A stretch of DNA of 63,428 nt, filler included, from Octopus bimaculoides (taxonomy: Eukaryota): assembly GCF_001194135.2 (NCBI RefSeq). It is 6 parts of 6 records of this genome, joined end to end, with 100 filler letters (N's around TTAATTAATTAA, not from the genome) between each part and the next. Parts side by side here need not be neighbours in the genome. Positions count along the whole stretch, not along the records: positions 51,680 to 57,621 come from NC_068999.1; positions 57,722 to 59,696 come from NW_026431796.1; positions 59,797 to 63,428 come from NC_068994.1; 3 more parts are not named here. One strand, 5' to 3'. Below the pieces are notes generated by a model. It ran no database searches. It worked only from the letters and a program-made list of their open reading frames with translations, and was not told the origin of the DNA. The translations under genes were made by a program, and so were the position numbers. This document shows positions 53,762 through 63,428 of this stretch, piece after piece; position 1 is the stretch's first letter, and every line of letters begins with the position of its first letter.

Positions 53762-55493
53762 GGTACTCAACTTCTTATGTCCCACCACTCACACCTGAAA
53801 ATAGAAGAGACAATATTTCATGATAGAAAGAGAGATGGAAACAGAGATGGCAACATTAAAAACATATTCATTCACTACAAGATGATAAAACACAAATTAA
53901 ATACATGTAGCAACCTCTAGTTATGACCATTAATACAAAGATGATGACTATCCCCTCACAACATAAGACAGGATTAGAAATTTAAATATGAAATTCAAAT
54001 AAATTAAAATTAGATATCATAAAGTAAGTAAAACAAACTGAATTTTGATTTGTTCAAATAGAAATAATTTAAAATTACATTGACATCTCTTATAGATGTT
54101 GGTGTATCTCCATGTCCAAGGTATAACTGACAAAGCTTGGCACCTGTGTCATCACAGGCACTGCCGTTATCAGAAGAGAGAGAGAGAGAAATAGAGAGAG
54201 AGAGAAAGAGAAAGAAAGAGAAAGAAAGAGAGAGAGAGCCAGAATGGATACTAAAAACATGTTTCAAGCGAAGGCAAAGTTGATGTCAGCAAAATTCGAA
54301 CAAAGAATGCAGAGAGACCAAATACTACATGTGTCTTATTCGACGTTCTGACAATACCTTGTCAATACGCCCCCCCCCTCTTAGTTATATGTGACACAAA
54401 AGTGAGTAGGTTGAATATATAGACATCTAGTGTTATATGGGGATTAGTGGTTAGGGTATTTGACTCACAATTGTAAGGTTGTGAGTTTGATTCCGAATGG
54501 AGTGTTGTGTCCTTGAGTAAGACACTATTTCATGTTGCTCCAGTCCACTCAGATGGCGAAAATGAGTAGCATATGTATTTTAAAAAGCTAGCCTTGTCCC
54601 ATTCTGTGTAATACTGAATCTCCCTGAGAACTATGTGAAGGATAAGCATGTCTGTAGAGTGCTCAACCCCCTGCATGTCTATTTCAAGAGCAGGCTGTTC
54701 CATCGGATCAACTGGAACCCCCCTCGTTGCCATGACCAGACTGCCAGTTCTATTAGACCAGTTCTAACTCATTCATTTTTGATATTATAACTATTTTCAA
54801 TTCATGCAAACAGCAATCGATGCACTTCATTCTTAGCTTTTTATTGTTTAGTCCCAAGTCAGCACAGACTAAGCAACCATAACTATCCCTTCTTTTCATA
54901 TATCAGGGATCACATTAGTCAATGAGTCTTTTTGACTTTTAGATGGCAATGTATCATTTCAGGGACATCTGGTTCCTACTTCTAGCATGCCTAACAACTC
55001 CTAGATATCTATTACATCACAAATTTTAACCAACATCTAAAATTACATGCCACACTCATCTGGTTTTCTGTATCACAACCATGTTGTTACTGATATAAGA
55101 TATTATACACACACACACAGGCATGCACACTGTATCTAAACAATTCTGATGTGTCTACAGCAATAACTTACTGAGTAATACCAAAGGATAGACAAGCTCT
55201 CTGAACTTAATCCAAAGACCACACATCAGTTGTGCAACTGTTATTGATTCTGGTGCTTTGTACTGGTCAAGTCTACATATATCCTACCAGCAGAGAACTG
55301 CCTATCAATACTAGCATTCTACAGTTGCAGGTTATATTTGCATATGGATTAATAAAATTACATGCAGTGGAGTGAAATTCAAGATTCCATCTGCTAGCCA
55401 TACCACTCTCTCCTGTACATTGATATTATAGATTTCTTTTCTTGCTATTAGCCATAGTGCTGCTCCACAACTAAAATATATATACATATATAT

Positions 55494-55538
<45 letters not shown>

Positions 55539-55540
<2 letters not shown>

Positions 55541-55754
55541 AGAGTGGCTGTGTGGTAAGAAGATTGCTTCACAACTACATGGTTCTGGGTTNNNNNNNNN
55601 NNNNNNNNNNNNNNNNNNNNNNNNNNNNNNNNNNNNNNNNNNNNNNNNNNNNNNNNNNNNNNNNNNNNNNNNNNNNNNNNNNNNNNNNNNNNNNNNNNNN
55701 NNNNNNNNNNNNNNNNNNNNNNNNNNNNNNNNNNNNNNNNNNNNNNNNNNNNNN

Positions 55755-55817
<63 letters not shown>

Positions 55818-56085
55818 TGTATGTATATATATATATATATATGTATGTATGTGAGTGTGTGTGTGTATATATATGTGTGTGTTTGTTGTTTGTGTTCGTC
55901 CCCTCCACCATTGCTTGACAACCGATGTTGCTGTGTTTACGTCCCTATCACTTAGCAGTTTGGCAAAAAGAGATCAATAGAATAAGTACTAAGCTTACAA
56001 AGAATAAGTCCTGGGGTCGATTTATTTGACTAAAGGCGGTGCTCCAGCATGGCCGCAGTCAAATGACTGAAACAAGTAAAAGAAT
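55539..56085 (+). mobile_element. SINE family B (spans an N-gap)
   Basis: Head gagtggctgtgtggtaag at 55541; tail ggcggtgctccagcatggccgcagtcaaatgactgaaac near 56035-56072. Confidence 0.75.
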
Positions 56086-56143
56086 AACCATACACAGACA
56101 CACATGCATACACACATGTATATATATATACACACACACACAC

Positions 56144-56330
56144 CTTGCAAGACTAATTTCCCTCATCAACTGAGAATACTGACACTATTGCTTATTTGGC
56201 TCCAAAATCTTCCTCAGAACCATCCCTAGCTTCATCCACCTTATCACCAATTATTCCTGGATCTCTTGTCACATCCAGCAATTTTTCTACTGATTTATCA
56301 ATTGATTACTACATTTCTACTACAAAGTTC
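56144..56330 (-). other. Candidate non-coding 5'UTR exon of Pak
   Basis: Unique, non-repetitive 187 nt bounded by acceptor ttcaatgttctttcAG| and donor caag|GTgtgt. It has stops in all frames and lies upstream of the ATG exon on the same strand. Supported by splice signals only. Confidence 0.3.
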
Positions 56331-57335
56331 CTGAAAGAACATTGAAATATGATTAGGAAAAGTCGAGAATACCACAGAAAGGTTTCCTGATCACATTACA
56401 TGAAATAACCTCCATTTCTGACACCAAAGCTCCAATTTTTTAACCACTTTGCAGCTAACCCATTGTTCAGAACTTACAATGGCTTCGATGGGTATGCTAA
56501 GATGTGTACATGAATTATTGAAGCAAGTTTTTCATCCTTTTCTTTTTATTTTATTATCTTATTTTGTTTATTTGCTAACTAAATAATATTTGTTGCACTT
56601 ATTGATTAGTTCCAGTTCAGTTCTGATGATGCAGAGAATTATGATCAAAGGCATTCCAATCATGACCACCCAGTCATTATGTATATCTAGGACTACATTA
56701 TTCAATATATTATTTCTTTTTCCTTTTTAAGACAATGGAATGTTAAAAAAAGAGATTCTGCAGTTATTTCTAATTTGATCAAGCAACAGCATATGACAGT
56801 CATGGACAAAATGTGGCCCGACAGGACTTTCTGAAAGGCACCAAACATGATAAAAAAAATTACCTTGTATTTTTTTTTTTAGTATTGCAACCCACCTGAT
56901 GATTAATCATGTCTCATGTGGCCCACTTCTCATAAAAAGTTACAAATGCCTAACATAGAAGTTCCTTCACTGTCTTGATTAAATGACAACTTCAGCAGAG
57001 GTGAGCAACAAACAACTTTCTTACACATACTAGCAGTCCGACCTATGCCAGCATGGAAAACGGATGTTAAATGATAATGATTGACTCAGTGTGATATTCA
57101 TCCCTTACACGACAGCCTTACTCTAGCTTACCTTCAGTTTTCAACTTGCCCTTGAGATATGATCTTCTACTTACAGTTTCTTTACCACTACAGACAGTCA
57201 TTGTGACATCTATTTAGACAGATTTACGCCAGAGGTTTCCTTACAATACACAAACAGCTGTATACGCTTGCAATTATTGGTACATTTATCCAACCTAAAA
57301 CATTTTAGATTATGTACAAAGAGTACTGGACCACT

Positions 57336-57378
<43 letters not shown>

Positions 57379-57621
57379 ATCATCATCATCGTTTAACGTC
57401 CACTTTCCATGCTAGCATGGGTTGGACGACTTGACTGAGGACTGGTGAAACCGGATGGCAACACCAGGCTCCAATCTAAATTTGGCAGAGTTTCTACAGC
57501 TGGATGCCCTTCCTAATGCCAACCACTCAGAGAGTGTAGTAGGTGCTTTTACGTGTCACCTGCACGAAGGCCAGTCAGGCGATACTGGCAACGGCCACGC
57601 TCAATGGTGTCTTTTATGTGC
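57379..57621 (-). mobile_element. Dispersed repeat D (ggaagggcatccagc...atggaaagtggacgttaaa-(TGA)n tail)
   Basis: Related copies at about 52786-52985(-), 60060-60290(+) and 62742-62960(-); has a retroposon-type microsatellite tail. Confidence 0.65.
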
Positions 57622-57744
57622 NNNNNNNNNNNNNNNNNNNNNNNNNNNNNNNNNNNNNNNNNNNNTTAATTAATTAANNNNNNNNNNNNNNNNNNNNNNN
57701 NNNNNNNNNNNNNNNNNNNNNGTGTGTGTGTGTGTGTGTTTGTT

Positions 57745-57783
<39 letters not shown>

Positions 57784-57886
57784 ATATAGTCAATCCAAAC
57801 AAGAATAAGCAGGAAAAACAACAGCGCGAGGACGTGGAATAAGTACAGTATTATTCGACGCTCAGGAAAGGAAAGAAAAAGAGAGG

Positions 57887-57921
57887 ATTTCACGTTTCGA
57901 GCGGAGCTCTTCATCAGAAAT
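57887..57921 (-). ncRNA. Minimal type-I hammerhead-like motif, probably inactive (G at position 17)
   Basis: attt CTGATGA a gagc-tcc-gctc GAAA cg T G aaat, inside a PLE pLTR-like repeat (about 57790-57995). Confidence 0.55.
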
Positions 57922-58993
57922 ATAGAAAAAGTCCCAAAAAGGGAAGACAGAGAAAGAAAATCGCCAACGATACACACGCGATCACATATTGAAATGACCG
58001 GAAGGGAATGGGGAAGAAAAAGTTCTTTCTAAGACAGGAGTGTGCAAGAGAAGGAGGTATGTGTGTGTATGTGTGGATATGTGCGTGCGCGCATGTCTGT
58101 GTGTGTGCGCGTGTGATTAATGATAGTACGTGTATGTGCGTNNNNNNNNNNNNNNNNNNNNNNNNNNNNNNNNNNNNNNNNNNNNNNNNNNNNNNNNNNN
58201 NNNNNNNNNNNNNNNNNNNNNNNNNNNNNNNNNNNNNNNNNNNNNNNNNNNNNNNNNNNNNNNNNNNNNNNNNNNNNNNNNNNNNNNNNNNNNNNNNNNN
58301 NNNNNNNNNNNNNNNNNNNNNNNNNNNNNNNNNNNNNNNNNNNNNNNNNNNNNNNNNNNNNNNNNNNNNNNNNNNNNNNNNNNNNNNNNNNNNNNNNNNN
58401 NNNNNNNNNNNNNNNNNNNNNNNNNNNNNNNNNNNNNNNNNNNNNNNNNNNNNNNNNNNNNNNNNNNNNNNNNNNNNNNNNNNNNNNNNNNNNNNNNNNN
58501 NNNNNNNNNNNNNNNNNNNNNNNNNNNNNNNNNNNNNNNNNNNNNNNNNNNNNNNNNNNNNNNNNNNNNNNNNNNNNNNNNNNNNNNNNNNNNNNNNNNN
58601 NNNNNNNNNNNNNNNNNNNNNNNNNNNNNNNNNNNNNNNNNNNNNNNNNNNNNNNNNNNNNNNNNNNNNNNNNNNNNNNNNNNNNNNNNNNNNNNNNNNN
58701 NNNNNNNNNNNNNNNNNNNNNNNNNNNNNNNNNNNNNNNNNNNNNNNNNNNNNNNNNNNNNNNNNNNNNNNNNNNNNNNNNNNNNNNNNNNNNNNNNNNN
58801 NNNNNNNNNNNNNNNNNNNNNNNNNNNNNNNNNNNNNNNNNNNNNNNNNNNNNNNNNNNNNNNNNNNNNNNNNNNNNNNNNNNNNNNNNNNNNNNNNNNN
58901 NNNNNNNNNNNNNNNNNNNNNNNNNNNNNNNNNNNNNNNNNNNNNNNNNNNNNNNNNNNNNNNNNNNNNNNNNNNNNNNNNNNNNNNNNNNNN

Positions 58994-59039
<46 letters not shown>

Positions 59040-60624
59040 ACACACTCACAATCATACACATACACATATAAATATATGAACTCAAAGATGATTGAATGAC
59101 TAAAATGATCGTTAATCCCACCATCGAAAAAAATTATTATTGTAAAAGGAGAAAAGAATGGCCAAGATAATAATAATAAGTATATAAAATTACGAAGACA
59201 AAAAAAATCAGAAAAAAATACAAAACGAAGAACTAGAAGAATACATAAGATCGTGCCAAGACAAGCGTGAAAAGAGAAAGATAGGAAGACCAAAAAAAAA
59301 AAAGAAAAACAGCCTAAGAAATTGTTGAATATAATAAAAGAAATAAGGAGAAAAACTAATTTATATATTGGATTACGACAATTTTTTTCTATTGTTTTCA
59401 ATCAAGCAACACGTTAAAAATATTTGTGTAAATAACAGCTGGTTGTTGTTGCTGCTGCTGTTGTTTTTGTTATTATTGTTATTCGGCTGTTTCTTATTTC
59501 ACATTATTTTCTAAGTTGTGGAATTAATTCTATGGCGCCATCTCTAGGCAAGCAAGGGAAACCGTGGTCAGAATATCAGAATTAAATTTGGATTCTTGAT
59601 TTTAATAAATCAGTAAATTGTAATTCCGGGCTGAATGAAACACAACAAGACGACGACGACGACGACGACAACAACAACAACAACAACAACAACAACNNNN
59701 NNNNNNNNNNNNNNNNNNNNNNNNNNNNNNNNNNNNNNNNTTAATTAATTAANNNNNNNNNNNNNNNNNNNNNNNNNNNNNNNNNNNNNNNNNNNNACCG
59801 ATGCTGGTGTGTTTACGTCCTCGTAACTTAGCGTTTCGGCAAAAGAGACTGATAGAATAAGTACTAGGCTTCAAAAGAATAAGTCCTGGGGTTTGATTTA
59901 CTCGACTAAAGGCGGTGCTCCAGCATGGCCACAGTAAAATGACTGAAACAAGTAAAAGAGTAAAAGAGAGAGAGTATACATATTGCATAGATATGTGCGT
60001 GTGTATGTATGGGTGTGTGTATGTATGGGGGAGGGTTGGGGCTTCTTTTTTTTGACATCATGTGATTGTTGTAAATGACTGCCACTGTCATACAAGCAGT
60101 GCCATTTCTTTCCAATATTCTGTAAGGACGTGTTTGGCCATGGAGAAATATTACTTTGCTTGGAAACAGGTGAGTGTTGGTGACAGGAAGGGCATCCAGC
60201 CGTGGAAAATCCGTCTCAATAAACTCTGTCCAACTCGTACAAGCACGGAAGAGTGGACATTAAAACAATGATGATGACGATAATGATAATGATGACGATG
60301 GTGGTGGTGGTGGTGGTGGTGATGATATCTAATTTTGATTATAAATCTCTCTTCCATATCAATGCATTCTACTGTCTCTTACCCCCCCCCCCTCCACCAA
60401 TCTGCCACAAAATTAAATCTTAATTACATGAATTTTATAATAATCAAAATGGCTAATTAGATTCAGTGTTCCGTTATTGCTGTTGTTTAGATCAAGGTCA
60501 ATTCTGATTCAGCACATCGATAACCCAATAATCAAAGGCGCTCCAGTTGTGACCTTCCTGCCTTATATTTTATACACAATGTAGCTAAGATTACCTTGTC
60601 CTTTACAATATGTCTATCCTTAGC

Positions 60625-60812
60625 ATGCCGGGCGAAATGCTTCACTGTATTTCGTCTGTCTTTACATTCTGAGTTCAAATTCCACCAAGGTTGATTTTAC
60701 CTTTCATTCCTTCAGGGTCGATAAATTAAGTACCAGATGCACACTGGGGTTGATCTAATTGACTGGCCTTCTCACCAATAATTTCGAGCCTTGTGCTTAG
60801 AGTAGAAAAGAA
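60625..60812 (+). mobile_element. SINE family A, CpG-decayed copy
   Basis: ggggttgatctaattgact replaces the consensus ggggtcgatctaatcgact. Similar decayed copies lie at about 52580-52690, 53480-53630, 61070-61280 and 62565-62735. Confidence 0.75.
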
Positions 60813-60932
60813 AATATCCATCTTTTTTTCTATAATAATAGTGCTTGGTTTGGGGGGATATTTTGGTTGCTAGAAACAGCAGCTAAAATGTTCCCTCATT
60901 TACAAACTAAGGTTTTTGGTGTCTATTTAGAT

Positions 60933-61030
60933 CAGTGGTTCTCAACCATTTTTTTTTTCTTTTTGCCTAAGGACCCCTTCAATTCCTTTTTTTATTCAAG
61001 TGGAGCTTCATAGACATTCAATGTTTGAAA
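60933..61030 (+). mobile_element. Possible hAT (Charlie-like) MITE end
   Basis: cagtggttctcaacc TIR-like start; a reverse-complement relative ggttgagaacccactg lies at 34517-34532. Confidence 0.3.
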
Positions 61031-61567
61031 AAATCCTGTTATATTTCTATAATTAAATATTGGTTTCAAATCTTTAAACAAGGCCAGCAATTTTGTGGGG
61101 GTTGGGCTAAGTCAATTACATCAACCCTAGTATATAACTGGTATTTATTTTATCAACCTTGAATGGACAAAACTCAAAGCTGACCTTTGCAGAATTTGAG
61201 GTCAGAATGTAGAAAGTGACAAAACTGCCACCAAGCATTTTGCCAGGTGTACTAACGAGTCTGCCAGCTCACCTCTTTATAATTCAATCTTCTTTTATTC
61301 TTGTATGTGTTTTAGTCATCTTCCATTTATGTATATATTGATCTTTGCATGACAGGCTTCTTTCAGTTTCCATCCACCAAATCCACTCAGAAGGCTTTGG
61401 TCAGCCCAGAACTAGAATAGAAGACACTTGTCTAATGTGTCATGCAATGGGACTGAACCTAGAACTATGCGGGTGGGAAGCAAACTTCTTACCATACATC
61501 CATGCCTGCACCTAGATAATAGTGGTCTATATATATATGTATATATTGTAATAATATATATATATTG

Positions 61568-61766
61568 AAGTAAATGCAAGGTAAATCACAAGAAAACAAA
61601 TTTGTGAATTTATGTAGACTTAACTCGTATTCAATATTTCGATGTGCACATCGGCAACATTCATCTATATTTTGAAAATGGGGTCATAACCCCGAAATAT
61701 TGAATACAAGGTAAGTCTACATTAATTTACATATTCGTTTCCTTGTGATTTGCCTTGCATTTACTT
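61568..61766. repeat. Imperfect 74-bp inverted repeat (8 mismatches) with 51-nt spacer
   Basis: 61568-61641 versus 61693-61766, aligned by eye. Confidence 0.9.
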
Positions 61767-63237
61767 TGCACTGTTCTGGCCTTACCCACAGTCCTTTATA
61801 CAATATATTCTACACAATGCTTCACAGTAATTATTCCATTATATNNNNNNNNNNNNNNNNNNNNNNNNNNNNNNNNNNNNNNNNNNNNNNNNNNNNNNNN
61901 NNNNNNNNNNNNNNNNNNNNNNNNNNNNNNNNNNNATACATACACATATATGTATATCTATCTATCTATCTATTGATATATATATATATCATTAGCAACA
62001 TCAGATGCTTTCAGAAAAGGGGTAGTTTTGTTACAGAGGACTGGTCTGATCCCAGAAAACACTGGAATGCATTTTATCCAACAAAGCAGATTTGCATTCA
62101 GTCGATTTATAATGGGAAACTCAATACACAGCCAGCTGCCACCTGCATCTTGTCTACTCTAAGAATATGAGAAGTCTAGTCTCTACAAGGTGGAGTTACA
62201 ACAGTTGCTTATGCTAACTAGAAATTCTATAAATTACACATGAATGCAGATGTGGCTGTGTGGTTAAAAAGCTTGCTTTCAAACATGTGATCTGAGGTTC
62301 AGTCCCATTGTGTGGTACCTTGGGCAAATAAAATGTCTCCTACTATAGCCCCCTTGCTGGCATAGGTTGGACATTCTGACAAGATCCAACAAGCTGAAGA
62401 ACTAATCTTGTGCTTTGAAGTCTACTTTGGCATGTTTTTGTGTGCGTGTGTAAAATAGTAAAGCTATTTATGGCCACTATACACACACACACACACATAC
62501 ACACACACACACACATACACACACACACATGATATTTATATTATATATTATATATTAATTCAAGACGGCAAGTCAGCAGAATCATTAGCACGTCGGGCGA
62601 AATGCTGAGCGGTATTTCGTCTGTCTTTATGTTCTGAGTTCAATTCTGCTGAGGTGACTGCCTTTCATCCTTTCGGCGTTGATAAATTAAGTTCCAGTTG
62701 CATATTGGGGTTGACCTAATCGACTGGCTCCCTCCTCAAAATCATCGTCATCGTTTTGATGTTCACTTTTCCATGCTTGCTTGAGTCAGATGGAGTTAAT
62801 TGAGATAGATTTTCCTACGGCTGGATGCCTTTCCTGTCACCCACTATTACCTCTTTCAAAGCTTGATAATATTTCTTTATGATCAGATATGGTATCACAG
62901 ACTAGCGGAAATTAATGACACTGCTTGTATGACAATGACACTCGTTTACAGTTTATCATAAGAAATCAAGACAAAGAGACAAACTAATACACGCGCGCGT
63001 GCGCGCACGCACACACTATACAACATTCCTGCGCTAAAGACACTGAAAGAATTAATCATGGATGAAGAGTGCAAGGGGGATAATCCATGAAAAAAGCAAG
63101 AGAGGTAATTTCATGCAAGGGAGATAATTTCTATCATGCAATAAAATGTCCTTGAAACATTGCCCTGAATCAACAGACGTATGATCAAAAGCGTTACAGT
63201 CGTGACATCATCCTTGTGTCCACCTCCTCCAATACCA

Positions 63238-63255
63238 CCGCCGCCACAGCTGCCG

Positions 63256-63293
<38 letters not shown>

Positions 63294-63310
63294 TCTGCTG
63301 CCGCCGCCTC
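63238..63310. repeat. (GCC)n GC-rich trinucleotide tract
   Basis: Direct reading; the most CpG-dense spot in the window. Confidence 0.9.
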
Positions 63311-63428
63311 CTCTGCTACCACCCTCCCCTCCCCTGGCCGAACACTAATTCCTACGCTTAGTCCTTCTTAGAAACATCAGCCCTCTGGAAATCCCCCACG
63401 ACTAGCTTTCACTTATAAAAGTTCCTTT

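Noticed and set aside
62000-62170. Unique plus-strand peptide RCFQKRGSFVTEDW...
   Set aside because: No homology recognised and no start or splice support.

Overview
AT-rich, microsatellite-laden animal genomic DNA with many N-gaps. The repeat families suggest a coleoid cephalopod, probably Octopus (inference from recalled repeat sequences; no database search was run). I recognise only one host-gene exon: the first coding exon of a group I p21-activated kinase (Pak) on the minus strand (exon 53706-53794, MSDDPEKPPAPPLRLASN). No CRIB or kinase exons were found elsewhere in the window. The rest is retroelement debris: three tRNA-headed SINE families, other dispersed repeats, two R4/Dong-like 3' ends sitting in (TAA)n, CR1/L2-group and HERO-like LINE fragments, and Penelope-like (PLE) RT and GIY-YIG remnants. 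The most notable signals are: (1) several minimal type-I hammerhead-like folds, one with a G3:C8 compensatory core swap; (2) a perfect 65-bp inverted repeat; (3) a SINE tail that matches the 3' end of a LINE in the same window; (4) a sharp switch from CpG-intact to CpG-decayed SINE copies exactly at an artificial 100-nt scaffold linker, which questions the assembly of the Pak locus. Almost all ORFs in the supplied track are microsatellite or N artefacts. I found no strong evidence for a wholly new multi-gene system. Repeat boundaries are approximate (about +/-10 nt) and were read by eye.
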